From: Trypanosoma brucei
Lineage: Eukaryota
Direction of reading: 5' to 3'
DNA: 64,000 nucleotides
Assembly (NCBI GenBank): GCA_000002445.1
Contig: CH464491.1
Location: 3,136,001 to 3,200,000, forward strand
The notes under the pieces are model-generated. The model saw only the letters and a program-made list of their open reading frames with translations, was not told where the DNA came from and ran no database searches. The translations under genes and the position numbers were made by a program. Positions 23,036 through 34,300 of this stretch are shown in pieces (position 1 is the first letter of the stretch; every line of letters starts with the position of its first letter).

Positions 23036-24913
23036 TTGAGAGCAATAATGGATATAGGCAACTTTGACTCACGTCCCGCGTCTATTCTGGAATACATCAA
23101 ACGGAATCCCTCCTCCGCACTTAGCACCCGGTGGGTTTTCGACCTTCCAGAGGCTGAACAAGAGGAATGTCTGGTAAAGATGATTGAGAATGCCGCCTTT
23201 CCTGAAACATGGATGGTATATTTTGATTATGCTGAGCGTAATAGAATAACCGTTACCGATGACATTGCATTGGAAGCTATTCATAGTGTCGGACTTGACC
23301 CCCACAGCGCCCCTTTGTGGTTAAAGGTTATCGATATTTGCTGCGGGGAGGGGAAGAAAAGGGAGTTGTTTCATATGGCTTTGCAAGTCCCTTTATATCA
23401 GCAAAACATGGTCTACAAAGTGTACAGAACATTTGAGAGCGATGCTGCGAAGCGGAGTGGGGAAAAGGTCGGTAACCATCTTGCTCTTTCGGACATCAAT
23501 CACTTTTCGGAGATGCTGAAAACGGAGCCCCGCTGGCCCGATCGATTTGTCGATTCCTCCGCATGCAGCAGCTACCAAAGAAATGTTCTATGTTCACAGT
23601 GGAACATCCTGCTTCAAACTCTTTTAGGTAGGTGTGATCAGGATTCTATGCGGGAGCTTCACTTAAGGAGGGCAGAACTTGCATTTCGCCAAATGTGCAG
23701 TCAGTTTCCCAATGAAGACGTATGTTGGTACACATACGCATGCTTCATGGCTGTAAAGATGAACGACCATGTCCAAGCTATGGAGATACTGAAGAGAGGG
23801 CGAGCGTCTAGCAGTGAAGTCTCGGTTGCACTCTGGTTGGCGGAACCGTTACTGAACAGGGATTTTCAGTTGGAGCAACCGTTGACAAAGGACAAGGTAA
23901 ACGCGCAACTTTTTATTCAGCGGCTCTATGCTAACACCGCTAGAAATTTCTTGCAAAACAAGAAATGTCTTCGGGATATTGGAAAGAGGGCTGTCGCTGA
24001 AAATGTTAGTGATTGGAAACTTTATCACCAGTGGGCCTCCGCGGAGCGCTCCGTTCTACGGGATCAGTCAATGACGTCCAAAATATACGAAAGGGGTATT
24101 TCTTGCGTCTCGAAGTCCCCAAAAGATGCTATACTGTTTTCCAATGAGGCCATGAAGTACCACCTTTGGCGGCAGGACGAACGTCAGGTTGTTGGTTACT
24201 CCGAGTTGCAAATTGAATTACTGTCCACTTCGCAGCACGATGGATGGGTAAGGGCAGGTTGGAACTATCTTGTTAATGCGGAGTCCATGATCGGTTTGCC
24301 TTCGCTACCGAAAACTCTGAATAGGCGAGCTGAGCGGAATAACGATTTACCTTATAAATCAATTATCGAGCGGTACCGTGTGGGAAGTTACATTCCATGT
24401 GCGGACCGGGATCTTGATTGGATTGAATTTGTCAATGACATCACTCGTATTCGAAGGGAGGAACAGGAGCATATCTTCCAGGCAGTGACACCTATAAAAA
24501 ACTCGTCTATTTCGGTTCCCGCTCCTCGCAAGTTTGTGGGAGCGTCACCAGACACATCTCTGTGGTGCCCAATTGAGATGGCCCCCAGACATGAAGGAGT
24601 TTCTATAAAAGACCCAGATGAAATAGTCGGACCACGATACCTCCGCGGGAGGCTTGTGTATAAGCTGACGCTTGACGACAAGACTGCAGCGAGGCTTCGA
24701 AGGGAAGAGTATATGCGAGGGAAGAGGGAGGGTATGGACGAAAAACACACCCCAGCGGGCGCCGCCCAAAGCGCTCTCCAGTTGTTGGTGGAAAGGCTGG
24801 GTGCAAAGAGGTGGAACGAAACTCAACTTCGGTTGTGCAGACTCGTTAGCGCAGAGTGGCTTATGAACACCCTTGCAATGGGTGATTTGGACCTCGCGAA
24901 GAAAAAAGCGTAG
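23036..24913 (+). CDS. Helical repeat protein (HAT/TPR-like), 625 aa. Possible RNA-processing factor.
   Basis: Recurrent W...Y...E and A..IYERGIS motifs reminiscent of HAT repeats (as in CstF77, Clf1 and Utp6). No enzymatic motif. Confidence 0.5.
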   Translation: MRAIMDIGNFDSRPASILEYIKRNPSSALSTRWVFDLPEAEQEECLVKMIENAAFPETWMVYFDYAERNRITVTDDIALEAIHSVGLDPHSAPLWLKVIDICCGEGKKRELFHMALQVPLYQQNMVYKVYRTFESDAAKRSGEKVGNHLALSDINHFSEMLKTEPRWPDRFVDSSACSSYQRNVLCSQWNILLQTLLGRCDQDSMRELHLRRAELAFRQMCSQFPNEDVCWYTYACFMAVKMNDHVQAMEILKRGRASSSEVSVALWLAEPLLNRDFQLEQPLTKDKVNAQLFIQRLYANTARNFLQNKKCLRDIGKRAVAENVSDWKLYHQWASAERSVLRDQSMTSKIYERGISCVSKSPKDAILFSNEAMKYHLWRQDERQVVGYSELQIELLSTSQHDGWVRAGWNYLVNAESMIGLPSLPKTLNRRAERNNDLPYKSIIERYRVGSYIPCADRDLDWIEFVNDITRIRREEQEHIFQAVTPIKNSSISVPAPRKFVGASPDTSLWCPIEMAPRHEGVSIKDPDEIVGPRYLRGRLVYKLTLDDKTAARLRREEYMRGKREGMDEKHTPAGAAQSALQLLVERLGAKRWNETQLRLCRLVSAEWLMNTLAMGDLDLAKKKA

Positions 24914-25137
24914 TGTTGATTTTATGCAGGTGTTTGGAGCTTTGTTAGTTTTCTTTTGTTACCTCGGATACCCGCTTTATTTTTTCCTTTTTTTTTGCTT
25001 CAGCAAAGGAAGAACTGGTGGGATTCGGTTTCATATTTTCTTTAAATGTGTTCCTAGCCAAGCCATTATCTTGTACACATCATTTATTTTGCTTGTTTTA
25101 CCTCTTAGGTGCATTTGAGAAGTTAGATAGAGAGAAC

Positions 25138-26088
25138 ATGAAGAACACTAATAACCTCCGCGTTCTAGGAAGCGATCCGTTTAAGGATATTACAGCGAAA
25201 GCACGGGTGAGGCAGCTGCTGCAGACGCACCAAGGTAGAGACAAACTCTTTAAGGTCGTTCAATACTTTCTCCGAATCAAGCTTTGGAGGGACTCAGTGG
25301 CTTACAGCACAAGCTATCTGCCCGGGGGACACTACACTGCAGTTGAGCGGAATTTGATGACGATTATGAACACTCGCAGACTTTTCCGAGTAGGGCGCTT
25401 TGTCGGAGAACTTGTGAGGATGAGGGTGACGTTGATCAAGTGCTCGGAGCTCGTGTATATACCTGCTCGTGGGGGGCAATGGGTTGGTTTTTTTATTCAG
25501 TGTCAAATGATCTGTGACTTGATTGCTCGGCTTCTGATGTGTGTGAAGTCATTGTGCGAGGATGTTGCTTTTCTTGCGCAGAAAGGGTTCTTGCACAGTA
25601 ACGTAGCTGAGCAGCTTTTCAACATTGCTTTCCGCTGTTCGCATCCTGTTTTGTTAGTTGATCTTTTTCTCAATACACTCCGGTTGCTACAAGGAGTAAT
25701 TGACGCCTCACATCAACCGGATGAAAAGGAAGTGATATCGGCGACATACTCGTTTTCTCTCCTCTCCAGGTATGATCGTGTCGACAAACTGCGCCGAGGA
25801 ATGTGCGAATCGAAGGGCGACGGAAAATCAAAAGACGATCGACAAAACTCGAAGATTGTAAAGGCTCGCATGGAGAATAACGTGGTTTTAGTAGATTCTT
25901 ACGCGAAGCTACTTTGGAAGGATTTCGAATTGCACTGGATTTTCGTCACTGAGCTCAAACTACTACTCGATATTTTCGTTGCTTTTGCGAGTATGAAGCG
26001 CTACGAAGCGGCGCGCGGCGTCGCCAGTGTTGCTGGTCTCTTTTCTGGTATTCTTTCTGTCTATCGTGTTTGGACGTATGGCCGCTAA
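25138..26088 (+). CDS. PEX11-family peroxisomal/glycosomal membrane protein, about 316 aa from Met MKNTNN.
   Basis: N-terminal signature QGRDKLFKVVQY (compare the PEX11 GR[DE][KR]LxRxxQY motif). C-terminal hydrophobic tail VAGLFSGILSVYRVW resembles the PEX11 C-terminal TM segment. Confidence 0.6.
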   Translation: MKNTNNLRVLGSDPFKDITAKARVRQLLQTHQGRDKLFKVVQYFLRIKLWRDSVAYSTSYLPGGHYTAVERNLMTIMNTRRLFRVGRFVGELVRMRVTLIKCSELVYIPARGGQWVGFFIQCQMICDLIARLLMCVKSLCEDVAFLAQKGFLHSNVAEQLFNIAFRCSHPVLLVDLFLNTLRLLQGVIDASHQPDEKEVISATYSFSLLSRYDRVDKLRRGMCESKGDGKSKDDRQNSKIVKARMENNVVLVDSYAKLLWKDFELHWIFVTELKLLLDIFVAFASMKRYEAARGVASVAGLFSGILSVYRVWTYGR

Positions 26089-26416
26089 CGGGTCTAAGGA
26101 GGAGTTGAAGCTGGGTGAGGGAGTCAGCCGCGAAAAGAAGATTTCAACATACGCATTTATCCGCCTTTATGATATTGCTAATCCATTGTATAATGTTCCC
26201 TTTCCTGGGGCAAAGGCATTTGCTCCCCGTTTGCGCCCCTATATACAAGCGCACGTATATGCATATGTACGATGCTATTTGCCTTCTGAGGCGGCTCTGT
26301 TCTCCCTTCCCCCTTAGCGCGGTTCAAACGCCCCCTCGTTCGTTGCTCTTTCTTTTATGTTTTGTAACTTGAATGTCTGTCTTGCCTTTCTCTCTAGCCA
26401 GTACGGGAAAGAGAAC

Positions 26417-27292
26417 ATGAACGCTAGGAAGCCACTCGCAGTCTCGGCGGGGACGAACTCTCGCAGTGGAGAGGGCGATTGGAAGAGCACCATGCGTAGC
26501 TTCAGGGAGGGTGTCCGATGTCTTGGTGAGGAAAATGAAGCTCTAAGAACCGTCAGAAGTGACTTGGACGCCATTTCACGGAAGCTCACTGAAAAAATGA
26601 ACTCTTTGGTTGAAGAGAATGGGTCATTTCACAAATCCATGTCTACTTTATTGGATGATGAGCGGCGTAAGGTTTCTATCATCACAGATCAAAACGAAAA
26701 CCTACTTCACAAACTAGAGGAACTCAGGAAGGAATATGATGATGCGAACAAGGAAATATCTCGACTTACCGATTTAGTGCATACCGAGAAGAGCAGGAAT
26801 AATAGTGTTGTGGGGTTGTTTGAAAAGAAGCTAGCAGAGAAGGAGGATGAATACCAGACGGAACTCCGCCTTCGAGAACAGTCGCTGGAAAAGCTAAAAA
26901 CGCAACTAGAAGAAAAGTGCTCAGCCTATGAAGCACAACTGACTGATAGGGATAACCTGTTACAGACAGAAAGGTGCCAGTGGAAGTTACAGAAGGAGGT
27001 GTATGAGAAGGAGATTGAGAGGCTTCTTTCTCAAGTGGGAAAGTTTGCCATCACCCAACGATCGTCTTCACAGCAGTCTACATTGGGTGTGGATGTCGCA
27101 CACGCAAAGCCCCCTCTAGCCCCCGTCCCTCCCCCCGCGCCTACGGATGAGGAAGGCGACCGTGCCGTCGTTAAAAAGAGACGCTTGGAAGCTGTTCGCC
27201 AGCAGCGGCGGCTAAAGGAGAATGACAAAAATGATACCACCTTGGCGTCCATTGGTAAACTGAAAGACCTTAAAGAAAGTCTTCAGTTGTAG
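26417..27292 (+). CDS. Coiled-coil hypothetical protein (about 291 aa from Met MNARKPLAV) with a proline-rich PLAPVPPPAP segment.
   Basis: Long E/K/L/R heptad region. ORF track 26357-27292. Confidence 0.5.
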   Translation: MNARKPLAVSAGTNSRSGEGDWKSTMRSFREGVRCLGEENEALRTVRSDLDAISRKLTEKMNSLVEENGSFHKSMSTLLDDERRKVSIITDQNENLLHKLEELRKEYDDANKEISRLTDLVHTEKSRNNSVVGLFEKKLAEKEDEYQTELRLREQSLEKLKTQLEEKCSAYEAQLTDRDNLLQTERCQWKLQKEVYEKEIERLLSQVGKFAITQRSSSQQSTLGVDVAHAKPPLAPVPPPAPTDEEGDRAVVKKRRLEAVRQQRRLKENDKNDTTLASIGKLKDLKESLQL

Positions 27293-27481
27293 ATTGAATT
27301 TTGTTTTGTTCCCATGAGTAGATGCTAGATTTTAAAAATTATATTCAAACCCAGTTTGACTTAGTAGTCTTAACCAAATCGTGCTATTAAAGGAAATACA
27401 CCCGCTGCGTATGTCTATACGTGAGAAGACGCGCCGCTACCTAAGGCGGCGGAGTGTGGATTTTTATCTTCTATCTTATTT

Positions 27482-28309
27482 ATGTGCCCTATCAATGCGT
27501 CATTCTATATTCTGATTGTTGTTAAGTTGTTGAGGGAGTCGCTCATACACATGCATGGTGCTTTGGTGTTTGGGTTCGTCGTCGTTTTTTTATCATTTCT
27601 AGTCTTATGGCAACGTGCATCTTGCGTAAGTAAGATACACCTACTTGGGGACGTTCTTTTTGTGTTCGCACACCCGGACGATGAAGCGATGTTCTTCTCG
27701 CCGCTGTTGGATTATGTCAGGCGCCATGGCCTGAATGCCCACTTTCTCTGCTTGTCCAATGGAAACTACAGTGGCTTGGGCACAGTCAGGGAGAAAGAGT
27801 TAGTTGCCAGTGCGGAGTACTTTGGAGTTAACAGGCGTAGCGTCCGCGTGGTAGACCACCCGGACCTACAGGATGGTCCAGACAACTTATGGAATACCGA
27901 AATAGTCCAACGAGAGGTTCTTTCGTACCTGCACAGCGTCAAGGACATCCGCACTGTTATCACGTTTGATCATAGGGGAGTCTCTTCTCATGCGAATCAC
28001 GTAGCGGTGTATGAGGGAGTTCTCTTGGCGAAAAAGAATCTTCCTCCCGGGATACTATTTTTGAGTCTGCACACGAGGGACTTATTGGAAAAGTACGTGG
28101 GTATACTTTCCACAGTAGGCTATACGGTAGGAATACATCGTTGCGGCGGACGCCGAAACCACGTAATCCTCATTCCGCCGACCTCATTGTTCACAAGCTT
28201 TTCCGCCATGAGGAAACACAAAACCCAACTTGTGTGGTTCCGCTATTTGTTTGTTTGGTTTTCTTCCTACTCTTACGTTAATGAAGTGAAGGAATTGGGG
28301 GTCGCATGA
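27482..28309 (+). CDS. GPI12: N-acetylglucosaminyl-phosphatidylinositol de-N-acetylase (PIG-L/LmbE family; GPI anchor biosynthesis step 2).
   Basis: N-terminal TM segment followed by the diagnostic LFVFAHPDDEAMFFSP motif (PIG-L AHPDDE) and downstream HxxH. Length about 275 aa, matching PIG-L/GPI12. Confidence 0.75.
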   Translation: MCPINASFYILIVVKLLRESLIHMHGALVFGFVVVFLSFLVLWQRASCVSKIHLLGDVLFVFAHPDDEAMFFSPLLDYVRRHGLNAHFLCLSNGNYSGLGTVREKELVASAEYFGVNRRSVRVVDHPDLQDGPDNLWNTEIVQREVLSYLHSVKDIRTVITFDHRGVSSHANHVAVYEGVLLAKKNLPPGILFLSLHTRDLLEKYVGILSTVGYTVGIHRCGGRRNHVILIPPTSLFTSFSAMRKHKTQLVWFRYLFVWFSSYSYVNEVKELGVA

Positions 28310-28519
28310 ATCGAGGAAATTTAGCCCCCGCGCACTTTTTCTACTGCTTACTGGTGTACATTAAGATGATGAATGATCAACGCTGTCCTCTATAACCGTT
28401 AGTGGGCAGCTACTAAAGTTGAATGACGTGTTTCACAGATTGGCGTTGCCTCCCTTTGTTGACGTGCATATTTATATGTTTCCTTTCTCTTATCCGTTTA
28501 CTTTAGCTGGGCAGCGGCG

Positions 28520-29299
28520 ATGGGCAAGCTATTTAAACCACCATCCAACTGGAGCAAATTGTACGCTAAAGTGAAGGAAATTCGAGAAGAAGTCCAGGCA
28601 CCAGTGGACACCGTAGGGTGCTCAAAGTTGTTTGACCCATCGGCGTCAGATGAGGTCAGGCGGTACCATATATTACTGGCACTCATGCTCAGTGCCCAAA
28701 CCAAAGATCACGTGACTGCAGCGGCGATGCACTCCCTTATTGATCACGGTTGTACACCGGAGACAATTTACAAGATGCCGGAGTCGAAGCTTAACGAGTT
28801 CATATCTAAGGTTGGTTTCCACAACACAAAGGCGAGGAATATAAAAGCAGCTACTGAGTCTATACTGCAGCTACACAAAGGAACAGTGCCGCGGTCTTAT
28901 GAGGGATTGGTTTCCCTTCCAGGTGTTGGGCCCAAGATGGCCCATCTTTTTCTACAGGAAGCAGACAGTGTGGTAATCGGAATTGGAGTTGATACACACG
29001 TCCATCGAATCGCCCAGCGGTTCCACTGGGTTCCCTCAACGGTAAAGAGTCCAGAGGATACGAGGAAGGCTCTCGAAGCTTGGCTTCCCGCCAAGTATTG
29101 GGGTGAGATCAATGGAATGTTGGTGGGATTGGGCCAAACAATATGTACTCCCCGGATCCCGCGATGTTCAGAGTGCCCAGCGAGTGGGCTGTGTCCCAGC
29201 GCCTTCCGCGAGGCAAAGGGCGGCGTGAAGCGTCAGAGGTTGCCCGAAATTGAGGACGTTGGTGCTGTGGTTCCAGCCCCAAAACGGAAGCGTATATAG
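28520..29299 (+). CDS. NTH1: Endonuclease III (Nth) base-excision DNA glycosylase/AP lyase. HhH-GPD with 4Fe-4S cluster.
   Basis: HhH motif LVSLPGVGPKMAHLFL. Catalytic Lys/Asp region (VDTHVHRI). C-terminal C-x6-C-x2-C-x5-C cluster (CTPRIPRCSECPASGLC). Confidence 0.8.
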   Translation: MGKLFKPPSNWSKLYAKVKEIREEVQAPVDTVGCSKLFDPSASDEVRRYHILLALMLSAQTKDHVTAAAMHSLIDHGCTPETIYKMPESKLNEFISKVGFHNTKARNIKAATESILQLHKGTVPRSYEGLVSLPGVGPKMAHLFLQEADSVVIGIGVDTHVHRIAQRFHWVPSTVKSPEDTRKALEAWLPAKYWGEINGMLVGLGQTICTPRIPRCSECPASGLCPSAFREAKGGVKRQRLPEIEDVGAVVPAPKRKRI

Positions 29300-29537
29300 T
29301 AATATACATGCATATTTCCCCTCTGTATCTCTTTACCACTTGTACTATTATGTCATTTTCTTTGTTGTTGCCGCCTTTCTTTGGGGGGGGGGGGTAACCT
29401 TTTCATCCCATGTGGAGGAGGGCATGTGTAGAAAGAATAGTTGTTTCTGCTGTAATATTGATGTTTGTGGCATCGATGTTTGCTTATAGGCGCTCCTTGT
29501 TTCCTTTTTCTTTTGATAGGAAGTTGCACTAAACAGC

Positions 29538-29930
29538 ATGTTCAACCAGTTTTCGAAGATGCCCTTGGAGCCTCCATACATTCGCAACGTATACATCGCG
29601 AGCCTTCCGCCCAACTACACCGAAGAAGAGCTCCGAGCGTTGTTTGCGCCGTTTGGTAAGATCGTCTCAACAGCGCTTGTACGGGATAAGGAGACAAAAC
29701 GCTGCAAGGGGTATGGGTTTGTGCTGATGGAGAGATACCAGGACGCATACAATGCTGTCATGGCTCTTCAGGGTCACACCGTTCAACACGCCCGTGTGCA
29801 AGTGCGATTGGCGCGCCCCGAAGCATCTGTGAAGAAGGCCGATCCGCTCTTGTACACTCAAGCGATGATGTGCGAGGTTGTGCAACCTGCGGTGTATGTT
29901 CTGTACCCACCGACGTGTATTACTGCTTAA
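29538..29930 (+). CDS. Single-RRM RNA-binding protein, 130 aa.
   Basis: RNP2 VYIASL and RNP1 KGYGFVLM. Paralog of the RRM in 35698-36351 (shared ...GYGFVL..., VQVRLA+PEASV). Confidence 0.7.
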   Translation: MFNQFSKMPLEPPYIRNVYIASLPPNYTEEELRALFAPFGKIVSTALVRDKETKRCKGYGFVLMERYQDAYNAVMALQGHTVQHARVQVRLARPEASVKKADPLLYTQAMMCEVVQPAVYVLYPPTCITA

Positions 29931-31377
29931 GCAGAGGGTGCGGAAAGTGGTTCCAGACGCCACAAATAAATAAGTATATTTAAATGTTAGTATATTGCAT
30001 TTTTTTTTTTACTTTCTGTTTTTTTTTTTCGTATGCTCTTGTGGGTGGCTCAGCATGTGTATGAAGTTCCGTCGTGCGCTAACATTGATTGGCTACCCAC
30101 CTCTATGCTTAAAGGACAACAATTAACCAAACGTTACAAGCAACTTTTTTTTTTATTATTATTATTTTAAATAACTTATATGAAACAACTTTTTTTAAAA
30201 AATGAGCTTATTCATCATTTGAGGTCACCCTCTTTCAACTCCTTAAAAAAAAAGATTATGAACCGCTGGGTTGTGCGGGGTGAAAAATAAACGACACCAT
30301 GAGCTGCAGAAGTACTAAGAAGAAAAGACACTAAGAGGTGTCAAGGTGGTGCACCGGTCACGAACTCGAATGAGGGCGAAGGTTGCACTCCAACATACTC
30401 TTGCACGCTACTGCTACGTTGGTGGTGCGGTTCTAATCTTCCAGAAAGATTACATCTTGTATATATATATATATATATATATTACTATTGTTGTTTCAAA
30501 CTGATGCAATCGTTACTTCTACTATCTTAATGCTTCCCTCTGAAGTGATCGGGAAGACCACGTGTACTCTGTTACCTTGAAGGTAGACCGGAAAGAAAAA
30601 GAAATTCAAAAAACAAATATGAAACGGATGGAGTATGGATGAGAGATAAAATCTGGGGAAAATGAAAAAAAAACACATAAAAAACCAGCGGAAGGGAATG
30701 GGAAGTGGGAAAAGTTATTATGGTAAGGAGTGAAATAGATTAAAGGGGGGGAAATAAATGAGTAACTGACCGTGGTAGGGGAGAAGGGTCGAAATGTGTT
30801 CGCATGTGAAAAAAGGGCATGTCAATGTCTTTTGGCATTCCCTTCCATTGTTATAAAAGAAATCGAGGGGGGGAAGGGGTTAAAAGGGGGGAGAAATTCA
30901 ACTGAAAAAAGAAATAATGATAGGTAAGTGTAAGCATTTAACAAGTACCATGGCATCAACCACTTTACTAGAGGAGAGCCTTCGTGGGTTTGTCGAACCA
31001 ATGAAAGTTGTAGTATGTGGGACCAAACAAGAGTAGAGGAAAGGGGGGGGGATGAAGAATGGTACACATAACTAGGAGGCTTTACGTACACATAAACCAA
31101 CAGTGAGTGAGTGCTTTTTATGTTACTACTTATCACTTTAGGAGGGAAATATTTTTCAAAGAGGAAAAGTTTCCAAGGGGTGGTGCGCTCCACGTACAAC
31201 CCCACAGTTTACTTGCTCCATAACTGCTTGCGGTTCCACTGCTTCGTGTGACCACTATTTTCATCTCTCGTACTTTTCTCTCTTGATGTTTACTCGCATA
31301 TCCATCTTTACCATTGGTGTGCTTGTTTGCGGGTGAGTGTGTGCTGAAAGGGAGGTGTCCAGCAACCATATAGGAAG

Positions 31378-34300
31378 ATGGGCCCCAACAGACAAAGGAA
31401 ACCAAGAGAACTGGCGCGTGGTAGAGGTCGTGGTGGTAGATGCGGCCGTGGGCGGGCTGCTGCACCGGCACCTACAGCACCGTCATCTATCCTCTCGCGT
31501 GCCGAGAAGGACATGGTAATTGACGTTCTCCACCACGCTGCCAGCGGAGGGGCAGTTCCGGTATCTGAGGAACACTTTAATCCGAACTCAGGCTCACGCA
31601 TCAAGTTTCAGCGCAATAGTCCGTTAACACCTTCGGAGATCCTTCAGCGATTATATGAAGGCCTTGGTTTCCCACCCGATCTGGTCACACAATATGTGAG
31701 AGATCTAGCGGACGAATCAAAATTACCGGTCTTTAACTCCATCGGAGAACTCCTCGCAGAGGGCGGACCTTTCCAATCATTTTTGGTTGATAGTTGCTTC
31801 GAACTGTTTTCCTACATGCTGTGGTATTCACGTGAGGAAGAGGGCACGAGCTTAACCCCTGAGGAGGGAGACTCCATACTTCAGGAGGAGTTGGAAGCAG
31901 TGCGAGCCCTCTTTGATGATAGTTTCATCGGTTTGAAGAACTTTGGCGATGACGATACGGACGACAGGGAACTCCAGTTCTCCTTCTTCACACAAGACGA
32001 CAAGGGAGTGATGCTTTCTATTCGCATTCCGGACCACTACCCCTCGGATCCCCCTAACATATTTATTGGCCCGCGCAAGCAGCAGACAGGAGGAATGTCC
32101 ACCTTAGCTGTTTTACCGCTTGATACAAAGGAACTTCCAGCCGTGGCAAGACGATCAATACTGGATGCTGCTGTTGAAGCGATTAACGGATTCGTGGGCG
32201 AGGGTTGTTTAATTGGGTTGCTTTCTTCAATTTGTGGCGCAATTTCTTCTGTTAGTGGACTGGGAGTAGTAGAACAACTTCCTACTCCCGCACCGTGTGA
32301 GAGTAAGGAGGTAAAGGCTGTAATAGCCGCAAAGCGCCAGGCGTTCGCGTCTGCGCTGTCCGCTTCTGAGGATCCGTTGGCGTTACCCCCTGAGGAACCA
32401 AGCTCGACGACGTGCTCACTACCAGCGAAGGTAGAGCTTGGTACTGTCGATCACAGCGATGACGAGGTCGGTCAAGTCCGACGGGAATTTCTCCGTAACA
32501 ACAAACAGTTGGATGCGAAGCTCAAGGAGGAGTGGCAGGCTCTCAGAGCTAACGGTACCCTGAGAAACTCGCGGGAGCAGCTTCCCGCCTACAATGCACG
32601 TGAGGAGCTTCGCCAGGCCGTGGCAAGGCACCGCGTCGTTGTTGTAAGTGGTGAAACGGGTAGCGGTAAGACCACTCAAATACCGCAATATCTGTATGAG
32701 TTTATGTGTGAAGATGGGAAGGGGAGCTCTGCCAACATTGTGTGTACGCAACCACGGAGACTTGCGGCAACTTCCGTAGCACTTCGGGTTGCTGGAGAAC
32801 GCGACGAAGCCGTAGGCGGTGTGGTTGGTTACACTATCCGTCTGGAAAACTGTGTGTCCAGTCGCACTCAAATTACTTATTGCACCACCGGTGTTGTGCT
32901 TCGGCGAATACAGGTGGATAAATTTTTGGGTAGGGTCAGCCACATCGTTGTGGACGAGATTCATGAGCGTGGTGTGGACACCGATGTCCTCCTTATTCTC
33001 CTCCGTGACCTTCTCGAGCGCCGTGATGATTTGACTGTCGTACTCATGAGTGCGACAATGGATTCTGAGTTGTTTGCACGTTACTTTGGTGGGTCTCCTA
33101 TCATTAACATTGCTGGTCGCACATTTCCCGTCCAGGTATTCCATCTAGAAGAGATTATCCCAATGGTAAACTACAGTCTGGATGATGGTTCACCGTATGC
33201 CAAGTGGGAGGTACGAAAGGAAGAGAGGCGACGGAATACGCGGAAGCAAATGTTGGACATTGACATCAATGAGATTGAAGAGGCGCGGGAACTCACCGCA
33301 GGAGTCCATGGACCGTCAACACAACTAAGCGCATCACACAGGACGTTGGATATCCTATCCCGGATGAATCCAGACGTCATCAACTACGAACTGATTGAAT
33401 CCATTGTTGTGTACATCGATACCAAGATGGGTGTGCCAGGCGCCATTCTGATTTTTCTTCCTGGCATGGTGGAGATGACTTCGTGCATGGAGCAACTAAA
33501 GTCTAACCCGAAGCTCCTCAGTAGTTGCCTCATCTACAACCTCCATAGTTCTCTTGGGTCGGCCGAGCAACAGGGCGTATTTCAGCATCCACCCAAAGGC
33601 AAGAGAAAGGTGGTCATCGGAACCAACATCATGGAGACGTCCATCACCATTGATGATGCGGTGTTCGTCATCGATTGCGGGAAGGTGAAGGAGAACCGCT
33701 ATGACGCACGGAGAAGTTTATCACAACTGGTTACTGTGAACACATCCAAAGCTAACTGCCGTCAGCGGCAAGGGCGAGCTGGTCGAGTACGTGAGGGTTT
33801 CTGCTTTCGTTTGTTTACCAGCACCCAGTTCGAGTCACTCGACGACCATCAGCTTTGTGAGATGCATCGTGTTCCCCTCGAGAGTCTTGTTCTTCAAATA
33901 TATTCCCTTAATCTCGGTGATGAAGTAGAGTATCTTCGGAAAGCTCTGTCACCGCCAGATGAGCGGGCTGTGCGAAGCAGCGTCAAAGCCCTAACAACAC
34001 TTGGTGCACTGACTATGGACAAGCGTCTTACATCGCTTGGGCGGCACTTGGCCAACCTCCCGCTGGATGTTCGTATTGGTAAGATGGTCATACACGGTGC
34101 AATTCTTCAGTGTGTGGACCCAGTACTGACGATCGCCGCATGCCTTGCTGTGCGTACCCCATTCCTTTCGGCGATGGACTATCAAGTGGAGGTGGAGGGT
34201 GTGCGGAGAGCGCTCTCTGGGGATTACATGTCAGACCATTTATCTTCGTGGTTTGCTTATTCTAAGTGGATCGCGATGTGGCACAAGGAGGGCCCTGCTG

